A stretch of 64,000 nt of DNA from positions 371,197-435,196 of the forward strand of contig OZ287694.1 in assembly GCA_965649825.1 (NCBI GenBank). The letters run 5' to 3'. The notes below the pieces were generated by a model. It was given only the letters and a program-made list of their open reading frames with translations, had not been told where the DNA came from and made no database searches. Numbering within the stretch: the first letter of the stretch is position 1; every line of letters starts with the position of its first letter. A program made the position numbers and the translations under genes. Shown here piece by piece: positions 1 to 12,333 of the stretch. This DNA is from Penicillus capitatus (lineage: Eukaryota > Plantae > Chlorophyta).

Positions 1-494
1 GCTGAGGAGTTTCTGACCACGTACGTCTATGACGAAGTGCAGCACGTGACGGAGACAAGCGACTTGGCACGACGTCAAGGATGTGCATTGCCGTTCCACT
101 GGCGCAAGCGGATGCGGATCAAGAGCAGCTGTGGCAGAATTCGGTTGTCTTCACTGATAGAAGACCTTGATTCGGTTTGTCGATGGCACGTCGTTTCGAA
201 GACAGATCGATCGTTCTACTCTTGTGAAGCCGCCTAGTGCCTAGTACACAGATATCGGAGACTTTCAAGTAGAACTCTCGCGGCGAGACGCGCAGGATGC
301 GATGTTTTCGTCGCGTTATCAATTCTAAACTGTACAGGGAACGAGCGTCGCTCACTCCGTACTAGTGCGAAACGCACGCTGTTCTTTGCAGCAGACAAAA
401 CAAAGAAAAGTCACGTCGCAGTGTAGATGTGGAGCCCTGTCTTCGAGCTCAGCTTGGAAAATGATCATTCACCAGAGAATCCGACGCCATCTGT

Positions 495-3400
495 TTAGGT
501 TTCGTCGGACAGATGTTGGGCAAATTCAGCTGTCGCAGGACTGAGTCTCGACTTAGCAATCAGGTGCTTGATCTCGTAGCGGATCCAGTGCACCAGGACG
601 CGGAACGCGCCAGCCTCTGGCGCACAGTTTTCGCCCCGCTCTGTCAATCGGTGTCTCACGTACTCAGCTGCGAACTTGAGCATGTAGACTACGAAGACGA
701 AAAAGGTGATGAGGTTCAGAGCGAGACATGTGTCCGTGAGCACTTCACGCGTGTGCTTGCCCATATCGTCCTCGTCTCTGAGGGCAATCGCTATCTGCAT
801 CGTCACCAGCGATACGGACAGCGACGCCACTTCGAATCTATTGAGGTCCTGGAAGCCCTCTCGAAACGGCGCCGCCAGAATCTGCATCACGATGGCAAAC
901 GTGAGCAAAAGCTCAATGCCGGTGGTCGGCATCACGCTGTTGCCGACACGGTCGTAAGCCACAAGAACGGCGATGACTGTCTTTCGGACAAAAACGGCGA
1001 CCTCCCAGTATCGACGGCGATCTACTCGGTAGCAGCGATAGAGGAATCCCGTCGTCTGGTATGCCCAGCTGCTCTTGTGGGCGAGGTGCTGCGGCGCACT
1101 TAGGAGGAAGAAGATGAAGAGCGCGAGCAGTCCGCCGTACACTGGACACACGAACGCAACAACCACTCTGTAGAGGAGTTTCGCGTGGTCGCCTTCGTAG
1201 CACCTCATGCCCGTGTCGACAGCCCAGTACATGTGAGTCGCGTTGACTTGTGCAAAGTCTACCGAGTCGTGCACATCGACGCAGAGGAATACGCTCAATG
1301 CGGTCTTCAGCACCGGCACGAGCGTGACATACCAGATGACCATCGCCGAAAGCACGGATCTCTTCGACAGGTAGCGGCGAAGACCATCGCTTCCAGATTT
1401 CACCGATTTGGCCGCCCAGAACACGATCCAGCAAAGAAACACGGAGCAGGGGACGATGCACACGCCGACGACGAGCGCCAGAGCCGTCGGATGCAAGGAC
1501 AGGTGTTTTGAGGTCAGACACACGACGGATCGTCGAATGCCATCAGACGCGAGACCTCCGAGCAATTCTGACAGCAGCAGAAACCAATGGTCGACAAGCA
1601 GAAACTCACGAAATTCTGGCCTCACCTGCCGCTTCTGCCATGACGATCACAGGAATCGCCCATCCCACGTCAATGGAAGCTAGAAGAACGGTCGTTTGGA
1701 CGTAGCCTAGAGTGATCTACGAGACAACGAGTTAAGTGAGAGATGAACAGATTGACTTGCACCTTGAGCATCTCGACGGCCTTCCACTTGGCCAAAGTTT
1801 TCTCGGAAGCAGGCACTTCGGCGGCTTGGACCTGCAGCGTACTCATTCAGGTCGATGCGCATGTGATATCGTTTCACACGCACTTCCGTCCCGAGGCGTA
1901 TCGATTCGATCTGTTCCGCCGATGTAGACGGTGCACTCTGCTCACGAATCTGCACGACGTCTCCACGCAAAGCGCCGACCGTGCCGTGAATCGTGATGCC
2001 CGTGATTCCCAACAGAATTATCACCGACGCCAGAATGTAGGCCACGTTGAAGAACCCCTTCAAACACCTTTTGCATTCGGAGGATAGACCAGAGCCGAAG
2101 TCTTCTTCGCATGATCCACAAAGTGGGCCCGTGTGACCCTTTTGAAACAGACAAAGATATTTATAACATCCGAAGGATTGAGAATGCAGCTTACTTCGGC
2201 ACACTGAGCTTGTGTGTATTCCTCGATATACTCTTTCTCGAATTCGCAACTCGACACATCGCTGACCATGGCCATCAAGTTCTCGGAGCGGACTACGTAT
2301 TTGCAGGCCGAGGGCACTAGGCATCGTTGAAGGTGAGCCGAACACGGCGTCTTTTGCCAGAAGCCGTCTTCTGGCGTGATCACTCGATACTCGCAGTTCC
2401 CATTCTCTGGACAGAGATGGCAAACGGTCGCTGAAAGACAGAAGTTGTACGTCGTGCTGCTGCAGCTCTCGCAAAATCCAGCAGCCGATACAAACTCGCC
2501 GACAGAACAGTTGTGGACTCTCACGGTAATCCCGATGCTCTTGATCGCTTTTTCGCCAAACTCGACAGTCAAGTTGTACTCTCCCGGAGGAACGTAGCCT
2601 TTGATGGATTGAAAAGTGCAGAATCCATTCTCCATCGACAGGAAAATCGGCCAAAATAAGAATTCACTACTCGGCGACGTCATGTTAGCATTGACTGGGC
2701 GGTAGTTTATTGCGGGTCTTTGCTTGAGTCCGTCCAGTAGCTCGACTATCGCGGTTGGCAGATCTGTGCCAGCCCGGTATCTTTCTACCGCACAGTTCTC
2801 TCCACCGCTCACGCAGACGGCCTTGTTCGTGTCGTCCAACGTCATCTCTGCAGTTGCGGCATACGTCCCGACAATAGGGCCATAAACGCCACCGTGATTG
2901 TCTTTCCAGGAGGGACAAATGTCCTTGTCCGATTTGACTTGGCTCATAGCGTTCCACTCTTGCTCCTTGTAGAAGTCTGATCCAGCGTCTGACGAAACGT
3001 TGGCGCAACGAAAGCGGATAGCTTCTAAATATCCAGTGAAGACGGCTCCTCCAGCAATGCCAGCTTCATTGCTCAAGAATTGCGTTTCGATCAAAGCCAT
3101 GACGGGACAGTCGATGCTGTTGGCGAGGCATTCCTCGATTCTTTTGATGCAGACGAAGAAGAGCCCACCTAGAAATACACATCGTTGTCAGTCGAGCTTA
3201 CAAAGCGGGTGGGTGCCTACCACCCAGATTAGCCACGTTCTTCTCAATGTGGCATTTGACTAATTGCAAGGCCAGACTATACTCCAAGTCAGTGTCAAAG
3301 AAAATTGCGCCGCCATTGCCTCCCTTTGCCGAATTGTTGTAAAGCTTACAGTCCGAACAAAAGATGGTCGATGACGCAAAGCCATACACGCCACCACCGC

Positions 3401-5247
3401 TTTCGTCCGCTTGGCCATAAAGAATGGAGAGATTGCGCGCTACCAAGTGAGACTCCTTTAACCAGATTGCTCCACCGTTTTTGGATTTTGCTCGTTCAAC
3501 CGCTGAGTCAACGATAAAGATTAAGCTGCCCTTCGATGCAGCGGCAAAACCACCATAGACATTGGCCACGCTACTGATAAATTGTGACTGTAAGATATTC
3601 AGAGTCGAATTCCAGGCAAAAAGGAAGCCGCCACGTTTGGAACTGCTGTTGACTGCGGTGGTGTGTTTCACTATCACCGTGGAGTTCGCCGCGTACATGA
3701 CTCCGCCTCTACCATCCGCCTGGTTGCCAATGGCGTTCGTGTCCTCCAACACCACTTCCGAATTCTCTGCGTAGACGCAACTGCCATCTTCAAGACCGAC
3801 GTTGTCATCGAAACCGGACTCAAGCACGGAAACAGTCGACTCTCTGGCAAAGATCGCTGTCCCTCTGACGCCTTCATTCGCACGGAAGCTGCATTCGCGC
3901 ACCTGGGCAGAGGACCTGACCAAATGAAAACAGCAGTTTTCCCTTTTCTTGGCGATTCCTGTCGCAAGAAGATTTCGTTCCACTGACGCATTGGACACTG
4001 CAAGGGATCCGTCTTGGATTTGGATGAGCGTGAGACTGTTGTCGAAAGCCGCGAGTCCTTGGATCGTTGTCTCGGATGACGCAGGACCATAGAATACGGA
4101 CGACGGCTTCACAGCAGCTCCGGACACGGCGTTCTTGAAAACGGCGCAGTTCTTCAACCGGTTCTTTTTCGCAAGGTGGACGATGCGAGCTGCGTCCGAG
4201 CCGACATTCTCCGAGATCTCCACGTCGATCAACTCGACGGTAAAACAGGATGGGGACGACGTCCGCAATACCGAGGCGGCATTCAGTTCGTTCTTTCGAA
4301 AGACGACGCGACGCAATGTGATAACACCGGGGGCATCTGCCTCGCATCCTGTTACTTCGATGATCGCCTGGGCTTCATCTGTGCCACCTTGTGCGCAGCC
4401 TTCGAAGACGACGTCGACGAAAGCGACGTTCTTGGATCTGCGAGAGGAGAAATTTGCAGCGGAATTCGTTCGAGACGGTCTTACTGTACGAGGAAGAGGC
4501 CGGAGTTTCTCTGAGGGCATGTGAATCTTGTTCTTGTCGTCGGGTTCAGAAAGACGGCGTCATTCGATTCGACAACGTCGACTTGAGTGGCGAGAGTCAG
4601 TTGCCAAGGAATCGTGATGCGTGACGACGGACGGATGACGCCGGACACGTCGAACAGGATAACGTCGCCTTCGCTGGTGCAGTTGACAATCGTCTGCACG
4701 TCGTTGTCGATCTCGTGGAGGACGGCGTCGTTGATCAGCCACGTTTTGCCGTCGGCTGCGGTATACCTCTCTCTGGTCACGTCTATCAACGTGCATACGT
4801 AACCTACATGCGTCGGACGCCGTCAAATCTACGCTCTCCGTGCGACAGGTCGAAAAGACGAACCTGTGGCGATTCCTCGACCGGACGGGTTGGACGGCAA
4901 CGTAGCGTGCGCTTCGTTCGTCGGCTACGGAAGAAAGACGCGATGGTTAATGCCCTCGCCTTTGAATGGCGGCAGGCGCATTGGAGACGTACGTCTTGAA
5001 TGGGGTCAGTGACCGGATTGGTTGGTGTGTCAGAAGGTATGGGCGGCAATTCATCGTCCGTTTTGCCTAATACGCCAGACAGCACGGCTTGGAAGATGCG
5101 ACGAAGTTAGAGCGGAAAACCATGAACTGTGGAGACAGCGTTTGGCGGACGCAGTAACGCGCTCTCAACAGCGCACGTAAGTCCGACTCCATACGCGAAC
5201 GCGTAGCAGAGCAGGCAGAGTTTAAAAGGAGTAAGCGTGCTTCGCAT
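495..5247 (-). CDS. Receptor-like gene A (multi-exon): signal peptide, conserved N-domain, PMP-like GGA-repeat beta-helix, Cys-rich region, multi-pass TM C-terminus
   Basis: Exons can be spliced in frame through ~50-nt GT-AG introns. Signal-like MRSTLTPFKLCLLCYAFAYG starts at ATG 5247. N-domain 4481-4789 (DGKTWLINDAVLHEIDND...GDVILFDV). Beta-helix 3198-4440 (GGVMY, GGFLF, GGAIW, GGGVY, GGAIF). Cys-rich 2060-3100 (CESCSSTTYNF...CHLCPENGNC...FW), then GHTGPLCGSC. TM region 495-1625 (YQTTGFLYRCY...YWEV...RK). Confidence 0.85.
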
Positions 5248-6283
5248 GGCGAGTACGGGAAACGAACACTGAAAGCAACGTTTCAAAATGCGTTGGTTTG
5301 TTCGACGTGAGTCATCCTTAGATGATAGATGCGTTAAGTGAAAAGACAGATGCTCGTCACTTCTCTGCCAGGCGATGCGTTCTGGCCGCCAAGAAATGAG
5401 CTCCTTTGACATGTTGTCTTCGTTTTCGTCATGTATTAGGTACAGAAACTCGGCGGCTAATAGATTTCGTACCCCGAACTGCAGCCTTGGTCTAAACATT
5501 CAGAACGGATGATTCCAGGGATCATCGGCGACATCCATTCAGGTAACAGCTCACCTTTTTCGAGCTGCTTTATTTGCCTTTGCCTTTGTTGTGAAGGCCG
5601 AGGACTTTTGGGTCTGTGACAGTTCTTCTAAGAAGGCGAAGTCTTACCGAGTTCGTTGTTACAATAGGACGGGCACTAATCGACCCCAGCGAGTGGCTTG
5701 CTGACTTGCTACCTCACCTTTCTTTTCTGTCGACGTCAATAAACGAACAACGCTCTGTCTTACAAAGCGCTTCTGCTGTTCTCTATTCTGAATACCTGAC
5801 AAGACAGCTAGACAGCGCACGTACCGCCGTCCGATTCTCGTGGCTCGTCTTTCACTTTTTCACCTTACCTAGATCGGCTCAAAGCTAAAACGTAAGCGCA
5901 CCACACTCTAGAGTAAAGAATACAGATCTATCCTCCAGGTATGCATCTCCTCATACATCTGCAGTAGTATGCGCTGCGATAACAATGTCCAGACGAAAGA
6001 CAGTAAGACTCGGCAGGCGTCGAAAGCTGAACAAGGGTGTGCATTCTTACAAAGAGAGATTGCATTTGAGCGACCTCGTACTTGACTGTTTAGGTTCATT
6101 CAAGCTTTTCGATAAGGAACGTTAACATCACTTGTACCCTGAAAAAATAAAGCAGCGTCTGTCCATGCGAGCACCAAGCCCAACGCAAAGGATAGGACAT
6201 AACCGTAGAAACCCATCCATAGACGAAAAAGCAAAAAGCAAAGCTAAAAGCAAAACAACAGTTCGTCACAGAAAGCGTCTGAT

Positions 6284-9200
6284 TCAGACCACACCATCGT
6301 CCAGTCCTTTATCCGTCTTCCAGATATAGTTCTTCGCCAGGTTCAGTTTTTGATTCAGCTTCAAGGTGAGAAACTCTTTGAAGATGGAAAAGAAGGAACG
6401 CGTCTGAGTATTGGATATTCCTTCGATCTCCAAGACGACGCGCATATACGCCACCGTCGCCTGCACGAATTGAAACACGAGATAGCCGAACAGACCGCAC
6501 ACAAAGACGAACAGCAAGGCAGTGAGCACCACGCGCACCACATCTCCAGTGCGACGGTCGTGATAGAAGAGCGCCAGAACAAAGGCAAAATTCGAGACGA
6601 GCAACGAGGCGCCCTCGAGCGTGTTCAGCGAGGCAAACTCGTTTCCGAAGGGATGGGCGACGGTGTGTACGTACATCGCCGTCATCAGTATACAGACAGC
6701 GATGACGGCCTGGAGATTGGCGCCGAGATGGTAGCCGAAGGCAACGACGATCGTCAGCAGCGCCTTGCGCAGCATGATGATGGACTCCCAGTAGATGTAC
6801 TTGTCCGAGTAGGCGCGGTAGAGAAACGCCGTCGCTTCCATGAACCATCCCTCACGCGTCGACGGATCGCGTCTGCGCTGCAGCGTCAGCAGGAGGAAGA
6901 GCGGAAAGCCGGCGGTGAAAACGACGGCGACGGGCCATCCGAGTGTCCCGGCGAGAATGGCGTGGGAGCCTTGGTAGCACTTCAGCGAGGTGGCGCGCGC
7001 CCAGTAGTGGCTGACGTGATCCGCGTCGACGTCGACGGAATCGTGCACGCCGACGCAGTAGAGGACGCTCATGGCGGTCTTGGTTATCCAGACGTAGGTG
7101 AGATAGGCGACGGCGAGTAGACTGAGCGTGGATCGCTGTTTGACGTAGTTCCAGCTCTCGCCGCATTTCCACGCGACGCCGAGCCAGAACACGGCGTACA
7201 GGATCATCGACACGACTGGAATCGCCATGTTGACGATGGCCCAGGCGACGGTGCGCGACACAGGGGCGTCGGCAGGCACGAGACACTCAATGGAGAACGC
7301 GACCGGATTCGACATCATCCCGCCGAGCATGTCTGCAAGAAGACCGTGTGATGGGACGTGCGTCCGAAGCAGTGGTCGGTCGGACCTGTCGAGGACAGCA
7401 GGATGGATGCCGACGGGGTCCAGTTGGCGTTGATATGCACGGCGACGGACAGCACTTGTAAAAAGTTGATCGTGATCTGGAAGGCAGAGAGGATGGAGAT
7501 AGCGTCGTGTGGCGGCGGCGTACTTTAAAGATCTCGACGATTTGGCACTTGGCCGTCTCCGCCCGTCGCTGGCTGTCTTCCCCGAGGACGACGAGCCCGT
7601 GCAGTTGGCTCGACGAAGCGCCTTGTCGACAGCTCTCTTCGCAGGCGGCACTGTCCTCGATCATTTGCAGCGTGACTGGTGCCGAGGACATGCGCGGGAC
7701 GTTGTCTGACGGCGCATTTCGGAGAATGCGCACCATCTGCTGGACGGGAGTCAGGGCGGGTGCCAGACTGCTCTTAATGGCGAAGCTGCTCAGCGCCATA
7801 ACCGTAAGAATCGAGAGAACGACGTAGACGATGCTGAGTCCTTCGTCGCAACGTTCGCAGTTCAGCGACGAAGTGTGACCGAATCCCGGCCGACAGTCGC
7901 CACACAACGGACCCACATGACCCTGCACACGACACAACTGACCCACAGAACCCGGCGGCGAGCTGACGCTAACCTCATCGCACTGCGCTTCGCCGTACTC
8001 GACGTCGACCGTTTCATTGTAGCTGCAGTCCTGCATGTCCGCGGTGACGCTCTCCAGGCTCTCCTCTCGGTCGTAGTCGCAGGCCCCGCGACTCAGGCAT
8101 TCCTGCATGTGTGTGGAGCACGGGTAGCGGTGCCAGTACTTGCGCATGGGATAGATGACGTTCGCCGACGTGCAGTTGGCGTTTTCGGGACACGGTTGAC
8201 AGTCCTCGTGCGTCTTCGACATTCGATACTGCGTCTCGGTGCAGCGCACGCAGAGTTTGCGATCTTCCTTCGGCGCCTCGCCGATGATGCACGAGCGGAC
8301 CGTCACCGCCATCGTCAGCACGGACAGCGCCTTCTCGCTGAAGTCGATCTGCACGACGTAGTTGCCCGGCACCTGCAAACCGCTGATCTCCGAGAACTCC
8401 GCCGTGCCGTCCTCCATCAGCAGACTGACGTTGCCGGGGAACAGCGCGTGGCCTTTCGGCGTCGAATGCATCACGGCTTCGACCGAGCTGTTGCCGGATC
8501 CGACCGCAGGTCCCTGGCCGAACTGATCCACCACGCGCAGTCGGATCTTCGGCAGCGGATCGCCACTGCGGTACGTCGCGAGACGCACGTGTGTCTTCTC
8601 TTTCATCTCTTTCATCTCGGTCGCGTTGCCGCGTCGCTCCTCGAGGGACCAAAAGATGCGACGGGCGTAGGAGGCGACGTCGGGGCCGAAATTGGTTTTC
8701 TGGTTGTGCGTCCACGACGGGCAGAGGCCTTTGTCCGACTTGAGCACGCTCATGCGCTTCAGCTCTGCTGTGGAGTAGAACTGCAATGCGCTGCGTCGAG
8801 GATCTTCGTCGCAGCGAAATCGGAACGCCGTCAGATCGCTAGCGAAGATGCCGCCGCCGCTTTCGGCGCTGTTGTGCGACAGTGTCGTCCCGCCCAGAGC
8901 GACGAAGGTGCAGTTGGCTTTCGGTTCGCTGCAGTTGGCCGATGTGTAGTCGCTCAGGTAGTGCACGCCGCCGCCAAGTGTGGCGTTGTTGCCCCGAAAC
9001 AGACATCCATCGAACTGATAGGCCAGTCGCTGAAAGGAGGCGGAGGCAATCGACACGCCGCCGCCTAAGCGCCCCGCTGCGTTGTCCTCGAAACGGCATT
9101 TCAGGCAAAGGACAGACGACCCCGGATCCGTATGCAGACCACCGCCCGCTTCCTCTGCCACGCACTCGCTCACGTGCAGCTCTCTGGCGCGCAGACGGCT

Positions 9201-12200
9201 CGTAAAGATGCGAATGGCGCCGCCTTTGGCGGCGCGCGCACCGGTGACGGTGAGATTGACGACGTCGATGTCGCTGTCTTCGTCTGCGTCCATAAAGCCG
9301 CCCGTCCGGTTGGCCCAGCCGCCTTCTGCCTTGGCGTTGCGAATGGTCACATCGCTTCCGCGACACGACAGGAATCCTCCTGTCTGCGACGTCCCGTTGA
9401 CGAACGTGGCGTTGCGCAACCGCAGCGACGACTGCTGGACGGCAAGGGCGCCGCCTCTATCGGAAACGAGGCATTCTCTGAAGACCGAGTCCCGCAGTAT
9501 CGCTCTGGACTCCTCGAAGAGATAGAGACCACCGCCGCTGACCGCTGCGTTCTTGACAAAGGTCAATCCGCTCGCCGTCACATTCGACTCGGCGCTGAAA
9601 AGACCTCCGCCTCGGTCTTGGGCCCTGTTCACGACAAACTGCGAATCACTGAGCTCAACACGGGCGCAGCGATCGGCGTAAATCCCTGCACCGTCTTCAC
9701 TCGCCTCCCCGGCCGTCATCGTCACGCCATTCAGCACAAGAGGGCTGTTACGCGCAAAGATCCCTGCGCCAAACTGCGCCCTGTTCTGCGAGAAGGTCGA
9801 TTGCGTCACGTTCGCCAGTTCGGCGTGCAGAATGCACAGTCCAGCGCCCATAAGGCGACAGCTGTTCTGGACTATACGCACGCGCTGTGCGTGCATCGTG
9901 CTGAGCGATGCGTGAATGCCGCCGCCGTGACCCTTGGCCTCGTTTCCGTACAGATCAGAATCGGCAATGCGCAGCACACTGCGCTCTTCGATCTGAATCC
10001 CGCCGCCCACGTCTCGCGTCGCGTTGTTTCGATGGAACTTGCAGGATTCGACCGTCGCATTGGCGAGGTACACGCCGAGCCCGGCGCCATTCCCTGCGAC
10101 GTTGGAGGTAAAAACGCACGACACCAGCGTTCCGCGCGAGTCTTCGAGCAGCAAACCGCCGCCGTCTTTCCCCGCACGGTTGTCCGAGAATTCCGTATCC
10201 GTGGCGACTAGCACGGCTCGGTTCTTCACTTTGACGCCGCCGCCATCGCGGTTGGCGTGATTGTTTGCGACGGTGCATCGGGTCAGTTGCGTCTTGGGAC
10301 TCTCGATGAGCATCGCGCCGCCAGAGTCGGTAGCTTCATTGCCGGTGAGCACGACGTCCTCAAACGTCGCGTTTCCGTCGTGGATGTGGACGCCGCCTCC
10401 GGATCGCGCCTCGTTGTTCCGAAAGGAGCTGTTCGTAAAAAGCGCGTCCCCTCTCTGCTCGAACACACCTCCGCCCAGCTCGGCGACATTGGCTCTGAAC
10501 ACGCTGCGCTCCACGGACCACTGTCTGGCGTCTTCGATGTAGAGAGCGCCGCCCCACGACGCCGTGTTGCTCCTGGCTCGCAAGCGACGGAGACGACCAG
10601 TGGCGCCCTCCAAGAAGAGGCAGCCGCCATTGGCGCGAGCTCTGTTACCGCGGCAGTCGATGCGATCCAGAGCTGCATGTACCTGGCGCAGAGAGACAGC
10701 GCCGCCGGACTTGGCTGCGGCGTTGCGCTCAAAAAGACACCTGTCGATTCGGAGCGAGCCGGCTGAGGCGAACAGAGCGCCGCCGTCTCCCTGGACGCCG
10801 TTGTCTACGAAATCGCAGCGTCGCAGCGTCACGTTGCTGTCGGTTGAGGAAAGAGAGCTCGTTTGCGTCTCCGTCGTCGAGGCGCAGCCCAACGCGCCGC
10901 TGTGACCGAGCGTCGCCGCGTCATCCGGTGCCGTCACTTCGATTCCTGTCTTCTTGTCGCGGTTCCGTCGAAAACGGCAGTCGATGATCTCTGCGACGCT
11001 TCCCGATTCCAATTGCACGAGCGGCCCGTCGCTGTTCCTCACGAAAACTGACGTCCTTAGCGTCAACGTGCCGCCAATGACCTGTAGTCCAGCAATCGCA
11101 TTGCCACTAACCTCGAGACCAACGACGATGGTAACAGAGCCCGGCCTCGCGCTCAAGAGTGACGGCCGTCGCTGAGCATCTGATGCGACAGGCGCATTGC
11201 CTTTGATAGTAATCTGTCTGAGATCGCTGACACCGGAAAGCTGGGCGAAGCACGCGTCCCCGCAGACGTTATCCGCGAACTCCACGTCGACCATCTCCAC
11301 TGTAGAACACTCAGAGCCTTGCACAGAGAAAGCCATCGCTCCGTCCAGAACATTGCGGCGGAACGCCACGTGACGCAGCTGGACCTTTCCGCCGCCATCC
11401 TCGGCGCTGCATCTGTCTACCTCGACAACGGCGCCGTCTTTCTCTTCCAGACGGCAGTCTTCGAACGCCACATTCGCGAAAAGAACGTTCCGTGTCCTGC
11501 GCACCACCCGGTCGTCTTTTGTCTGCACCTCACGTCGCGCCTCACTTGACGAGAAAGGCTCCGCCGTTCCGAGGGCATTGGAAGACGGTTTGTTTATCCG
11601 CCTTCGGAAAAATGCCCTGTTCCAGATCGACGGATGCCGTGGCGGAACTCAGCGTCAGGTTGTGGGGTATGGTGATACGCCTGGGAGACTTGATCGGCGC
11701 GGCGACGTCGAATAGAATGACGTCTCCGTCGTCGCTGCAGTCGATCACGCTCTGCACATCGTAAGAGATCGAATCCAATCCTCGATCGTTAAGCGACCAC
11801 GTCCTCGACGCCACGTGATACATCTCATCAATTTCGCTCCTTGTCAGACGGCAGGTCTCATCTGCACAGGTAACAACGAAAAGAGTGAGACATGGTGTGG
11901 AGTCCACCATACCTCCTTGATTGAGGGTGGCATCGCGGCGCTGATTCAGGGAGCGGGAGGCCGTTCGTTGTCGAGGCTGCAGACACGGGTAACGACGTGA
12001 CGTTTGGTCATGGAAGGGAGAGGAGCGTACATGCCAGAACGTCGTCGTCTTTTCATCGCCATCTCCGTATGCGTATACCGACGGGGTCGAGTCTCCTTTC
12101 TCGCCTGTACCATAACGCGAGTTCACAAGAGGCGGAGTGCATCGCACGACGCGCTGCGCATTCGCAGACGAGACGGCAAACGTGCGCAAAGAGACGAGGG

Positions 12201-12333
12201 CGAGCAGAGGACATGCACCTAGCAGCCTCGCCAGCGGCGAAGGGAGTCGGGTCAGGTGTGCGAGAGAAGACGCATGGACTTGACATGTCCAGCGAAACGC
12301 AAGGAGTATGAGCACCAACAGCCGTGATGCCAT
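6284..12333 (-). CDS. Receptor-like gene B (multi-exon): same architecture with a long, diverged beta-helix of about 20 or more GGA/GGG rungs
   Basis: Signal-like MASRLLVLILLAFRW at ATG 12333. N-domain VIDCSDDGDVILFDV. The 1413-aa ORF 7287-11528 carries many N.A..GG(A/G)(I/L/V) repeats, then CVRCTETQY...CQPCPENANC...YW and GHVGPLCGDC. TM ORF 6284-7651 (FLYRAYSDKYIYWESIIMLRKA). Introns splice in frame. Confidence 0.85.
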
